A stretch of DNA of 64,000 nucleotides. It comes from Leptolyngbyaceae cyanobacterium. Its GTDB lineage: Bacteria > Cyanobacteriota > Cyanobacteriia > Phormidesmidales > Phormidesmidaceae. A program made the translations under genes and the position numbers. The stretch spans positions 1,440,001 through 1,504,000 of the forward strand of contig CBDHHL010000032.1 of assembly GCA_965263355.1 (NCBI GenBank), read 5' to 3'. The first letter of the stretch is position 1. Each line of letters opens with the position of its first letter. Below the pieces are notes generated by a model, which was not told the DNA's origin, searched no databases, and saw nothing but the letters and a program-made list of their open reading frames with translations. This document shows, piece by piece, positions 38,474 through 49,600 of the stretch.

Positions 38474-40909
38474 TTATTGTTTCTTAATGGAATTCAGGAC
38501 ATACGTCCAAAATATGCACGACGGAAACAACCAGGGCAGTAAAATATTGGCCCAAATGTATGTTTGCAAACCAATTACCCCATAGGTAACTGTGGCTACA
38601 GCAAAGAGCCACATATATCGCTGATAATATGAAGCTTGCTGATGGTTTAATGTTAATGCCGTCCATTTTCCCAGGAGTGTTGCGGCGAAAATCATCCATA
38701 AATCTGGAATTCGGATAACTCGATGGGACGCTAATAAATGATGTGTTGTATAGGCGTGGAGTTCTCCCCCTGTAAGAGATTTAGGACAACTTTCCTGGGC
38801 ATACGCCCGCCCGTATTTCAAATCGCACCAATATTGTAATGCTGGTAGTATGGTACGTTTGTCCTGGGCGTCATAATACCCCCCAGCAGCGATGATGGCG
38901 ATTTGCTGATTAAACTCCTGCTGAGTACCTGCGTTATCTAACAATTGCCAAGCAGGAATACGTTTGTAAACGTAATCTGGTGGAATGGAATAATCAATAA
39001 CAACGGGCAAATTAAAGGGGGACTTAGCTTTTCTGAGAAAAGAATACGGAAGACCTTCTTGATTTATATCTAACCGATTAAGGAAAACATTTAATTGTTC
39101 TTGAAAGATACCTCGACTTTGCAAACTTGGCTGGGGAAGATCGGGCAATTCCTGCTGATTTAATATCTTTGCCAGTGACAGCATGTAGGCAAATGGACAG
39201 ACTTCAGGACATGTAGCATCAAAAGGTAGCTTTACTTGCCAATAATGGGCATAAACGTCCCCATTCAAGCTCCACATGGGACTGGCAATTTTCTCGTGTA
39301 CTCGCAGGTCATCCCGTTCCATTGAACCAAAAACCAACCACACCCCCTGCTGCTGAACCGACTGTTGAACAACAGTTGCCAGTTGCTCTTCTTTTGATTT
39401 TTCTTCATCCAAAAGGTAGTCTATACCAATGATTTGAATGCCGGAGTCTGAAAGCTGCTGAATTAAGTCAGCCAGATACCCACGATCCATGGGCTGATGT
39501 TGAAACCCTTCCAGCTCATTACGAGCCCGATTAATCGATTCTTGATCGATGGCAATTAATAGCACAGGGGAGATATCGTTCTGAGGAATTTGATTGGTTA
39601 TATTACGGTATAAAGCCTGTGACCAAATCCGTCTGTTTAAAAGTTCTAGCCCTAGATCCTTCAATGGTGACCATGGAGCAGAGCTGGAAAACGCAAGCAA
39701 TATTGCTGTTGTAAAGACAACGGCTTCTTGTCTTGTCGGCCACCATTGGTGAAGCTGCTTTTTCCAACCAAACGGGGTGATCCGATAAGCGATCGCACCA
39801 GAAGGACTAAAAAATGAAGGGATTAGGTGCGTGGAAGGATAGGTAAATTGTTCGACAAATTGGAGATGATGACTGGCTGTCAATAAGGCACTATGAATAT
39901 CTTGGTGCTTCGCTAATTGCTTGCAGAGAGGTTTTAGAAAACTCTGGGCGACATCGTTACGAATGGGCTCGCGCATAACCACCACCTGTAGTCCCAGGGC
40001 AACTAATGAGTTAGCAATGCTAAGACCACTGCAGGAGTTAAAAATCGCTAGCTGGAGACCATTTTCCCTGGCTTGGGTTAAATATTCTTCAATTTCACTA
40101 ATGGACAGGGAGACATTGGGGGTAATGGCTATGCGCCCCCCAGTTGCAGCTGTTTCGTCGCTGTGTCCCGCAAAAAATAGCACATCCCAGCCACGGCTAT
40201 CACAAATTGTGTTGGCAAACGTTTGTTTAATGGTGGTAACACTATCCTCCGGTTGCCAGGTAAATTGTTCAACATGGGCAATGGATCGGAGCGATCGCAC
40301 CGCCTTCCAATCTTCCTGCAGCGGCAGATTCGGATCATTGCCCAAAACCGCAAGAATTCGGGCCTTCGTCCCTCGAACTCTCTCCTTAGAACTCAAGGGA
40401 GCCTCGGGTTCATCCATCGCCGTGCGCACAATCCGCAACCTATCAGGCGGGAACATGTCTGCATTTAAAGCCAATAGCTCCCAAGGTAGCCTGGCTATTT
40501 CATCAGAATTGCAGGCCAAAAACACATCTACCCCCGGTTTTATAGCAGGGTTAGCATTCATCTGAGTGAGCTGGGCTAACTCGTCTTGAATGCGTTGCTG
40601 AATAGTACGCCCATCGTTGTCGCCTAACCAGCGTTGGAACCCCTTAACCAATTCTCTTTCGGCCTCTGTTAGATCATGAGCCAGATCACCTGAACCAGGG
40701 TTAAGCCGACCGCTATTACCAGGGGACTGGGGCGCAGAGAATTTATAAAACCTGTGATACCGTTGTCGCCAGAGTTGATAAGACTTTTGCAAATCGCTAG
40801 GATAGGGCAAACTAGCCGTCAATTTTTTGCTGCGATTATCCCAAAGCAACAAAAGAAAACATGATCGCTCATCTTGATGCCAAACTTTTAATTCAAAAAT
40901 TGTACGCAT
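38474..40909 (-). CDS. CHAT (caspase-like) protease fused to a transmembrane CHASE2 sensor
   Basis: RLPWELL, His in FFAGHS, Cys in IFNSCSG, VVMREP; TM; CHASE2 motifs LIAIDQES, IGIDYLLD, GGELHAY; C-terminal TMs. Confidence 0.88.
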   Translation of the reverse strand: MRTIFELKVWHQDERSCFLLLLWDNRSKKLTASLPYPSDLQKSYQLWRQRYHRFYKFSAPQSPGNSGRLNPGSGDLAHDLTEAERELVKGFQRWLGDNDGRTIQQRIQDELAQLTQMNANPAIKPGVDVFLACNSDEIARLPWELLALNADMFPPDRLRIVRTAMDEPEAPLSSKERVRGTKARILAVLGNDPNLPLQEDWKAVRSLRSIAHVEQFTWQPEDSVTTIKQTFANTICDSRGWDVLFFAGHSDETAATGGRIAITPNVSLSISEIEEYLTQARENGLQLAIFNSCSGLSIANSLVALGLQVVVMREPIRNDVAQSFLKPLCKQLAKHQDIHSALLTASHHLQFVEQFTYPSTHLIPSFFSPSGAIAYRITPFGWKKQLHQWWPTRQEAVVFTTAILLAFSSSAPWSPLKDLGLELLNRRIWSQALYRNITNQIPQNDISPVLLIAIDQESINRARNELEGFQHQPMDRGYLADLIQQLSDSGIQIIGIDYLLDEEKSKEEQLATVVQQSVQQQGVWLVFGSMERDDLRVHEKIASPMWSLNGDVYAHYWQVKLPFDATCPEVCPFAYMLSLAKILNQQELPDLPQPSLQSRGIFQEQLNVFLNRLDINQEGLPYSFLRKAKSPFNLPVVIDYSIPPDYVYKRIPAWQLLDNAGTQQEFNQQIAIIAAGGYYDAQDKRTILPALQYWCDLKYGRAYAQESCPKSLTGGELHAYTTHHLLASHRVIRIPDLWMIFAATLLGKWTALTLNHQQASYYQRYMWLFAVATVTYGVIGLQTYIWANILLPWLFPSCIFWTYVLNSIKKQ

Positions 40910-40965
40910 CTCACTGTAGTTAGAAATTCAGGAATTAATATCGTCTTTATGGCGTTGTTAGCATC

Positions 40966-42285
40966 TTATTCTAAGATAGCCGAGTCAAAACTATAGGGGT
41001 CTAATGGCAACACTTGCCCTGTCGGTGAAACGATAGTCGCGACAAGCTCTGTACCCTGCTTAGCCTCGGCGCGAACATACAGTAACTCCGTATCTAGGGA
41101 ATCTTCTTCTTCTTTTACACTACCCATGGGATCAACCACACGCAGTTTGAGACCATCCGGCAAGAACGTCCCCATCTGGTTCCTTAAAATTAGTAATAGG
41201 GACCAAACCGGAGCCGGTGAGGCCCAAGCAGCTGCATAAATTTGCAAAAGCTCCCCTTCGTATTCAATGGTTTTGAAGACAGGACTTAGCTGAGCAGGAA
41301 TATCCATGCCCTGATACCTGAGTTCTTCTATGGCAATGGTGAACCGATCGCTGGAGCGAAATTCTGGGGTGCCGGTCCCTAACATTGAGAGCGAATACCA
41401 GCCTAACTGCTGAGATACTTGGTCTAGCTCGGCCCGGAGCCACTGGGCGGTGTTAATGGTTTGTCGAGTTAATCGGGTAAAGATTTCTGCAATTCGGACC
41501 CGCAGGGATGTTGGCTGTTCTGACGATTGTTGCCACTGATAGAGCAGGTTTAGTAATTCAGAATTTTGCAGGAGTGCTGCGCCTTGTTCCCAAGGCAAGA
41601 TTTGCCAGAGTCGTTGTTCAGACGACTGTAGGTGAGACAAGAGGGCATTCAGGTCAGTCTGGGTTATTTGGCTGGAATCAGTCTGGGAGGTAACCCTGGG
41701 CAACGTAATCGCCGCAGTGTCTAAAAAGCGTAAATTAAACAATAGGTGATTGGGTTCAGCATCAAACAAAAAACAAGGAAACCCATAATTCCAGCTATCA
41801 TCAGCCGATAAATTCATCCGTTGTCGGTAGCTAACTAATTGATCATAACGTCCATAGCCCCGAATGATCACCTGTGATAGTTCCTCCTGCACTTCAACCA
41901 CCACATAGAAATGGGCGGCAAATTCAGGTAGATCAATGGCTGCCCTTGGTATGGTTATCTCTTCATTTAGCCAATTCTCAGTGGCAATCAAACATAGTTT
42001 GAAACCACCTATCCATAGATTAAAAACAGCCTCAATGGCATTAGCATAATGAGGTTGAGCGAGAGAACACTGTGCTTGATTGAGAGAAATGCGTGAATCT
42101 TGTTCAGACAACCACTGGGTAAATCCCTGCAGACCAAGGGTATTTAAGTAAGTTTGCCACTGACAGGCTTCCCCAAGTACCTGGTTACTTATGTGAGTTG
42201 CTTGCCCAAAGCTATCGGATTCTAGATCAATATACTCTGGTTCGAGCAGTCTCAAATCATCAAAATCAATCACAGCACATAGCAT
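40966..42285 (-). CDS. DUF1822 family protein
   Basis: WQTYLNTL, FKLCLI, IPRAAIDLPEFAAHFYVVVEVQEE, LPDGLKLRV. Confidence 0.85.
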   Translation of the reverse strand: MLCAVIDFDDLRLLEPEYIDLESDSFGQATHISNQVLGEACQWQTYLNTLGLQGFTQWLSEQDSRISLNQAQCSLAQPHYANAIEAVFNLWIGGFKLCLIATENWLNEEITIPRAAIDLPEFAAHFYVVVEVQEELSQVIIRGYGRYDQLVSYRQRMNLSADDSWNYGFPCFLFDAEPNHLLFNLRFLDTAAITLPRVTSQTDSSQITQTDLNALLSHLQSSEQRLWQILPWEQGAALLQNSELLNLLYQWQQSSEQPTSLRVRIAEIFTRLTRQTINTAQWLRAELDQVSQQLGWYSLSMLGTGTPEFRSSDRFTIAIEELRYQGMDIPAQLSPVFKTIEYEGELLQIYAAAWASPAPVWSLLLILRNQMGTFLPDGLKLRVVDPMGSVKEEEDSLDTELLYVRAEAKQGTELVATIVSPTGQVLPLDPYSFDSAILE

Positions 42286-42299
42286 TTTCTGAACTCCTT

Positions 42300-43751
42300 T
42301 TATCTCTCTAAGTAGTAACGTAATCGTTGAGCATATAAACTATCCATGGAATGGCTTTTGGCTGTTTTTATTTCTGCGATCGCCGCCTGAAATGCCTCGG
42401 CATCCACAAAGGCTTCGATATGCTGCATCAAATTCGTTAAGTAATCTGGATCTGTGGATATCGTCGCCAGCTTAAGACTAGTTACCTTAGCCGAGAGAAT
42501 TTGAAAAAACTGCTCTACGGTCCAATAACGAACTCGTTTGAGTAATGTAGTTGGATTGAGCACACGACTCACCTGGGATTGATTGGTCATCCCCAATGTA
42601 TCAGCGATTTTACTTTGAGATTGCCTCTGAAAATAGACAAGCTTTAAGATTGCCTTCACCTTGGATGCAAACCTTGCATATCTTGGCCGTTGGTGCAGGC
42701 TATTAATATGTTCGCAGATGCCTTGGTTGATCCCCCAATCTAAACACTCAATTAACTGCCGATGACAAAATTCCTTGAGTTCTTGCTGGGCGATCTGCTC
42801 TAAATCATTAGTTGAATTGGGATCACAAAGCTCTCGTTGGGCACCAGAATCAGGATTGGCCAGGGGTTCGGCTTGGGGCATGCCATTACTACTCCAGATT
42901 GCATAATGACGCAAGAGCTGGCCAATTTGCTTAAGCTCTATGGGTAGCTGTGTCGGTGAATTAAATGTAATTCCCTCTGTCTGCAACTGTTGTTGCATTT
43001 CGTCAAGCTGGGCCAGGGTCGGTGCAGGGCACTTCAGATGGTTTTGCTGTTGCTGGCGTCGATCTCGACGGTAAACCGCATGAAACGCTTTGACAATGAG
43101 ACATTCGCGCAGTGAAAGCTTTTCTAACTGATGTTGCCGAGCCCGATTAAGCAGGGCCCAATCACTTACCTTATAAAATCCTCGTTCTGATAATACTTTT
43201 TTTAGCTCTTGATTTTGTCGAATTTGGAGATGAACCCAGTTATCTAGACTGGTTACACGTTGTCCATTTGGATTAAACTTGCGCAATACTTCCACCGAGA
43301 ACAGTTGATAAGAAGACGGCTCCCGTTCACCATTACGATTAATAACCCATTGTTGTTTATCATCTTGATCTAAGACAACTTGCGTCTCACCATCATCATT
43401 GAGCACGTAAGGGAGCAAATCTCGATAGGTAAGCTGCCCAGTGGCAGAAAATTTACTGGCAAGGATTTTGCACGCCGCCAAAATGGGATACGAAACATAT
43501 GCTCGCAAGCACAGTCCCGCTTTGGCTTGATGCTGTAAATCAACCACATCGGATTGAGCTGTAAATTGATTGTGAAGCAACTTCTGAACAATGCGATTTC
43601 GCTGAGCAGCAGGTATGCTCGCCTCCATCAGATCGGCAAACTCCGTCTGAAAGAATTGGGAGGCTAGGGGTGACGATTGCTTCCTATAACCGCATCCTTT
43701 ATCCCCAGGATCAATTCTCAAAATTTCCCAATATTTCGATAGAAGCCCCAT
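42300..43751 (-). CDS. Divergent sigma-70-like (HetZ-related-type) factor
   Basis: CLRAYVSYPI, LLPYVLNDDG, SLDNW, SDWALLN; region-4-like HTH QSQSKIADTLGMTNQSQVSR; directly upstream of DUF1822. Confidence 0.65.
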   Translation of the reverse strand: MGLLSKYWEILRIDPGDKGCGYRKQSSPLASQFFQTEFADLMEASIPAAQRNRIVQKLLHNQFTAQSDVVDLQHQAKAGLCLRAYVSYPILAACKILASKFSATGQLTYRDLLPYVLNDDGETQVVLDQDDKQQWVINRNGEREPSSYQLFSVEVLRKFNPNGQRVTSLDNWVHLQIRQNQELKKVLSERGFYKVSDWALLNRARQHQLEKLSLRECLIVKAFHAVYRRDRRQQQQNHLKCPAPTLAQLDEMQQQLQTEGITFNSPTQLPIELKQIGQLLRHYAIWSSNGMPQAEPLANPDSGAQRELCDPNSTNDLEQIAQQELKEFCHRQLIECLDWGINQGICEHINSLHQRPRYARFASKVKAILKLVYFQRQSQSKIADTLGMTNQSQVSRVLNPTTLLKRVRYWTVEQFFQILSAKVTSLKLATISTDPDYLTNLMQHIEAFVDAEAFQAAIAEIKTAKSHSMDSLYAQRLRYYLER

Positions 43752-44015
43752 AATTCCACTATTCCTTCGGTGGACTTATTTTCTCAAACTCGACTGATTG
43801 TCTCTAGTACCCCAATGGGTACTATCTCTGGCTATGGCTATTCCACAGGCAGTCAACCTGCTTAACCCAGATAGTTGTATTCAAGCATACCTGCTGGGAT
43901 GGCTTCTATTTTCTGGAGTCAGGCTAGTTGAGTCTCTTTGCTGAAACGGCCATTAGCCATCAGTTATTGCCCACCTTGGCGATGGTACTGTTATAAACAC
44001 CATGAAATTATTGGG

Positions 44016-44147
44016 ACTGGTTCCGCCTGATGGGATGATTCAGCCAAAATGCTTGTAATGCAAGGGATACAGCCGTTTTAGAAGAAGCTCGCTCAAATCG
44101 TTACTCTATAGGCCTTTCAGGCATTTTTCCCATTACACGGAACCAGT
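44016..44147. mobile_element. MITE (132 bp) with 20-bp imperfect terminal inverted repeats
   Basis: ACTGGTTCCGCCTGATGGGA matches the reverse complement of the right end, ACTGGTTCCGTGTAATGGGA, at 17/20; no coding capacity. Confidence 0.7.
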
Positions 44148-44167
44148 GCCCCTGCCTTTCCTTCGCT

Positions 44168-44800
44168 TTAATCCTCCAGCTGTTGACGTAAATTTCGAAT
44201 CGCCATCCCCGTTCCCTGCTCTGAGGCTATTTGGAACACACCTTCCACTAATACTGGTAGTTCTATATTAGGAAAATAACGGCTAAACGTCTGTTGTTGA
44301 TAGCTATCAGTTTGCAATGTATAAATTTTCAACCCTGTTTTTCTCAACAGCCAAACTTCTGGCACCTTGTAGGGTAAATAATCTGCTACTGCCGTATAGC
44401 TAGTCACATCAACCTCAAGCACCAAATCAGGGGGAAGACTGTTGCTCCAGTCAATGCGTTCCTTCCCAACAGCTACTCGCCAATTCTCAATATAGAAACA
44501 ATAATCAGGCTCGATCCCCCCTTCCTCCGGCAGCTCCATTGTAATCGGGGTAAATGCTTCGTAGTTGCGATTCTGGCTGTCCAATAGGGCTTTTACGATG
44601 TCAGCTAAAATATTAGCTTCCCGTCCATGTCTGGGCATTGGACTCATCAGCAAAATCTCATCGTTACAAAATTTGATGCGAGGAATAGAATTATCCCCCC
44701 GACTATCCCTGAGGAAGCAGTAATCTTGCCAGGTGCCCGGTACCCGCATCACAGTCCCCGTTGGCAGCTGTATTTCTTCTTTAGAAATGACCGCGTACAT
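44168..44800 (-). CDS. Uma2-family endonuclease
   Basis: LMSPMPRH, IEPDYCFY, PPDLVLEVDVTS, VPEVW. Confidence 0.9.
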   Translation of the reverse strand: MYAVISKEEIQLPTGTVMRVPGTWQDYCFLRDSRGDNSIPRIKFCNDEILLMSPMPRHGREANILADIVKALLDSQNRNYEAFTPITMELPEEGGIEPDYCFYIENWRVAVGKERIDWSNSLPPDLVLEVDVTSYTAVADYLPYKVPEVWLLRKTGLKIYTLQTDSYQQQTFSRYFPNIELPVLVEGVFQIASEQGTGMAIRNLRQQLED

Positions 44801-45054
44801 GCCTTAACACCTAACCTAGTTTATCGCTAATGCTTCTATCATAATCCCTACGTTTTACCTCGGCTGCCTACCAATGCCTACTTAAAAAACTAGTATCTTC
44901 TCAAGTCCTCTTTGCTCCCCTGCTCCCTTCATAGTAGTACAGGTTTACTTGCAGGCAGATTGCCTTAGCTATACTATAGTCATGCTCAAAACCTTCTTTC
45001 TGGAAGGTGTCTTGGGCCTATCGGCTAGCTACCTAGCTATTATCGTGAGTAACC

Positions 45055-46662
45055 ATGCGCAAATTTCATTCCTATGAAGAAATAAACAAAAAACTGCATT
45101 ATTATGTTCCCCGCACTGCCCTGATTGAGCAGATTTATCAGGGGTTGTTAGGCGATGATCCCAACTATGGTGGGTCTTACATTACCGTATGGGGCCCCCG
45201 TCAGTCTGGAAAAACCTGGATTATGCGGGAAGTCATTGAGCGGTTTAGCAATCGAGATAATTCAGAGTCACCGTTTGACGTGGCCATGCTAACGATGCAG
45301 GCAGGCCAAACGATAACTACCGATACAGAAATTCTCAATCTATTTCGACAGAAGTTAAGCCAGTGGTTTGATCGACCCTTGCCTTCCCTGGACGAATGGT
45401 CAGCTCTAGAGACGTTTCTTTCACATAAATCTTTTAGCAAACCCTTAATTTTAATTCTGGATGAGTTTGACTCCATTGGAGATGATTTTATCAACAAATT
45501 TGCCAATCAATTTCGACATATTTATACGAGTCGTTTAAATCAACGAGATAAAAAAAGTGATGAGAAATATTGTTTGCTGCATGGTCTGGCGCTGATTGGT
45601 GTCCGCAGTGTGTTGGGTGTAGAAAATGTTGGCAGTGGTTCTCCATTTAACGTGCAACGCAGTTTATCCATTCCCAAACTAACCTTTAAAGAAGTGGACT
45701 CCATGTTTCACTGGTATGAACAAGAAAGTGAGCAACCTGTTGAGCAGGTCGTGATTGATCGTATTTTTTATGAGACTCAAGGACAACCAGGACTAGTGGG
45801 TTGGTTAGGAGAACTTCTTACGGAAAAGCCGCTTAATCCAGACCGTAGCCAGCCAATCACGGTCTCTCATTTTGAAAGGGTTTATGCATCTGCTATTTAT
45901 GACCTACCCAACAACAACATTTTGAACTTAATTAGTAAAGTTCGACAAACCCCATATCGCAATTTTGTTTTGAATCTATTTAATACGGAAACTGCGATCC
46001 CATTTTCCTACGATGATGAGATTATTAACTATCTATATATGAATGGTGTGGTTGATCGCCAGGTTACGGTAGATAACCGTCGCTATGTTAAATTTACTAG
46101 CCCATTGGTACAAAAACGGCTGTTTAACTATTTTTCCCGTAATTTGTTTCAAGACCCTCATCAACTCTATCCACCGTTTACTGACCTGTCGAACGTGATT
46201 ACGATAGATAGTTTGAACGTAAAGAATCTGCTGCGGCTGTATGAACGCTATCTGCAAACAAATCGCACCTGGCTCTTGGCAGATGCCCCCATGCGGAAAG
46301 ATCTACGTATCTACGAAGCGGTTTTTCATTTTAATTTGTACAGTTATCTGCAGGCATTTCTCCAACCTTGGCATGGTCACATTTATCCTGAGTTCCCTAC
46401 AGGCAATGGTCAAATCGATCTGCTAATTACCTATCAAGGACAACAATATGGTATCGAGGTAAAAAGCTTCCAAGATGAGCGCAGCTACCAGGTAGGCTTA
46501 GCCCAATCAGTTTGCTATGGTAAACGATTGGCCCTAAAAGAAGTAGTCCTGGTTGCCTTTATTGAACAGGTGCCTGATTCTATTCGTCAGAAATACGAAG
46601 CCCCTTATCTAGATAAGGAAACAAACATCACAGTATTGCCCATTTTTGTGGTGACGGGTTAG
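45055..46662 (+). CDS. AAA-like ATPase with a C-terminal PD-(D/E)XK-like nuclease domain
   Basis: Walker A GPRQSGKT, ILDEFD, SPFNV; PEFPTGNGQIDL..GIEVKS. Confidence 0.85.
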   Translation: MRKFHSYEEINKKLHYYVPRTALIEQIYQGLLGDDPNYGGSYITVWGPRQSGKTWIMREVIERFSNRDNSESPFDVAMLTMQAGQTITTDTEILNLFRQKLSQWFDRPLPSLDEWSALETFLSHKSFSKPLILILDEFDSIGDDFINKFANQFRHIYTSRLNQRDKKSDEKYCLLHGLALIGVRSVLGVENVGSGSPFNVQRSLSIPKLTFKEVDSMFHWYEQESEQPVEQVVIDRIFYETQGQPGLVGWLGELLTEKPLNPDRSQPITVSHFERVYASAIYDLPNNNILNLISKVRQTPYRNFVLNLFNTETAIPFSYDDEIINYLYMNGVVDRQVTVDNRRYVKFTSPLVQKRLFNYFSRNLFQDPHQLYPPFTDLSNVITIDSLNVKNLLRLYERYLQTNRTWLLADAPMRKDLRIYEAVFHFNLYSYLQAFLQPWHGHIYPEFPTGNGQIDLLITYQGQQYGIEVKSFQDERSYQVGLAQSVCYGKRLALKEVVLVAFIEQVPDSIRQKYEAPYLDKETNITVLPIFVVTG

Positions 46663-49600
46663 ACTGCGTCCTCTTCACATAACGCCCGATCTTCTTCTGC
46701 AATCTCAGGACTGGTGCGTAGGTAATCAGCAAGCCAACTGCAGGCTAGCTCTAGTTCATCCAATGCCAGAATCCGATCTAAATGCCAGATAATCGCTGTT
46801 TGGTCAGCACTCCCCGACACTAAAAACGTACCGTCGGGGTTAAAGTCGGTAAACTCAATTTTACTGGTGTGACCATAGAGTGTGTTCAACAGCTTACCTT
46901 CGACAGACCAAAGCCTTACCGTTTGGTCAGCACCGCCCGAAGCGACAACATCGCCATTGGGGCTAAAGTCCACGTCGTATACTTCTCCCCCATGGCCTGT
47001 TAATGTAGTCAACAAATCGCCATTTGTCTGCCACAGCTGTACCGTACCATCCCAATTGGCAGTGCCAACGGTTTGCCCATTGGGGCTAAATGCAGGAATT
47101 ACTGCCCCTGCGTCCAAGGTGGCCAGCAGCGTATCATCCAATTGTTTTAGCGCGACCTGATTATTTTGTTGGGCAACGGCCAGTTGTTGACCATCATTAC
47201 TCAAATCCAACCCTAAAATGCCATAGGGTTGTTTTACTGTTTGCAATCTCTCACCAGCCATATCCCAAAGGCTGACATTGCCTTTGATACTACCAGAGAG
47301 CAGGGTTTCTCCATCCGGAAGGAAACGCACCGCCATGACTGAGCTAGTATGTCCACTGAGGGTTTTCTCTAGTTCACCCGTTTGAGTGTTCCAAAGCTTA
47401 ATGGTGCTATCGCTAGACCCCGATGCCAACCGCCGTCCATCGGGACTAAACGCTAGGGTAAAGGCCCGAGCCGTATGGCCGATCAACGTTCTAATGCGTT
47501 GACCATCAGGCTGCCATAGATTTATAACTCCATTTGTATGGGCAGACGCGATGGTTTGGCTATCGGGACTGACCACCACTTCAAAAACCGGTGATGATGA
47601 TGTCAATACGGTCTTGAGGGGATGCCTGAGCTGCCAAACCCGAATGGTTTTATCTTCACTGGCAGAGAAAAGCTGTTGTCCATTGGCACTAAAGACAACG
47701 TCGTATACCCCTCCCTGATGTCCTGCCAATACCTGTAGTAAACGTCCCTGGAGGTCCCAGAGTTTGATGGTGCCGTCAGCACTGGCCGAGGCAAAGATAT
47801 CTCCATCGGGACTAAACTGTAGATCCCTAACCCAGCTATCATGGGCCTCTAGGGTGATTTTTTCGGTAACCTGTTGAGTGTTTTGATCCTGTTGCCAGAT
47901 CTTGATTTTGCCATCGGCATCCCCAGAAACAAGAAATTGACCATTGGGGCTAAAGGCAATCCCATAGGTGGCACTTTGATGCCCTTTCAATGTGGTTAGC
48001 GGTGTGCCATCTGAGCGCCATAGGCGCACCGTTTTATCCTGGCTAGCGGAAACGAACCGTTGACCATCGTAGCTAAAGCTTATATTGACTGCAGTCGCCT
48101 CATGCTCCCTCAGGGTGGCGGTGAGCTGCCCCTGATGGTCCCATAGGCGAATGGTGCCATCTGAGCTGGTGGAGGCCAAGGTCTTACCATCGGGGCTAAA
48201 ATCAACCGAGTAAAGTTCGGCGGTATGACTTGCTAATGTAGTTTGCAGATTTCCATCTGGATCGTACAGGCGGATTTTACTATCTTGCCCACCCACGGCA
48301 ATACGCTGTCCATCGGGACTAAAGCTGACTTTGACATAGGGAGAGACATCCCCTTCGCGAGTACTCCATACCAAGGTGCCATCCCGTTTCCAAAGCTGAA
48401 TATCTGTGGTGCCCCCCACTGATACCAAGGTTTGTTCATTAGGCCCCCAGTCTAGACTCCAGAGACCGCTGGCCGCTTCTGAAAAGCGGTTGATTTCTTG
48501 TGCATCGTAGATGGCCTGGTTTAAGGTGTTTTTGGCTTGGGCTATGAGGGGAGGTGGAGCCGCCTGGTCAAGGGTTTGCAGTCGTCGGGTCGCTTTGATG
48601 CTATAGATCAATGCGTCCAGCGTTTGGTCAGAGGCCACATTGCCCTGGGCCGATGAAATCAGGGCCGTCACCTCACTGATTCTAGCCTGTTGTTCACTGG
48701 CCACCGCCCGACGGTATTGTCGCCAAGCAAACATCAATATTCCTAACAGTACAATTGAAAAGACGCCCAAACCGCCTAAAATTAGACGCTGCCAACGGGC
48801 TAAAATCTGTTCTTGCTGAAGTTTATCTTCTAAAGCCTGGACCCTCTCCGCTTTAAGTTTGGCTTCACTTTCGTTGCGATCGCAGGTTTGGCTAGCCGTC
48901 AAAAACTGATAATCAGCATCGCTCAAACGTTTGCCTTGGGCCCAGGCTTGGGCCTCTAGTAACGCCTGTCCTCGCAAAAGCCGTGACGTATCTGTCCACT
49001 CAGAAACCTGCCAACTGGTGAAGGACTGGGCATAGGGACGAAGATTGTGTAGTTGTTGTGTTACCCAGTTTGAGTCAAACACAGCCTGATAGATCGGATT
49101 TTTAACCCTTAATTGCCCCTGCTCGCTGACTACTAAACCAGATAACAACAGTTCTATATGTTCGATGGAATGATTGACAGTGACTGCTGGACCGGGATGC
49201 TCAGGCTCACAGGCCGCTAGGACTTGTTGATATTCACTCAGGAGACGACCAGCCAAATCATTTTGGCGTAGGATGCGATCGCAAATAGTTCTCAAATGCT
49301 CCGGTTCATCCTGGGTTTCCCAATGGTCAATAATCTGATCATAAACAATTTGAGCAACCCAATCAACATCAGGCAGTTCGGTATCTAGTGATATCTGACT
49401 GGTATTGACCACCAATTGACAGAGCTTTTGAGTCAAAAACGGTTGTCCCCCAGTCCAGTCCAAAATGGCATGGAGAATACTGTTGGGATCCCGTTCACCC
49501 ACGAGTAACCCCGTTGCCAGGTGTGAGGCTTCTACTCTAGAAAAGCCATTTAAGGTCACCGCAGTTCCAATATTAAAGGGGGTGCGCGTTTTATCTCGAA

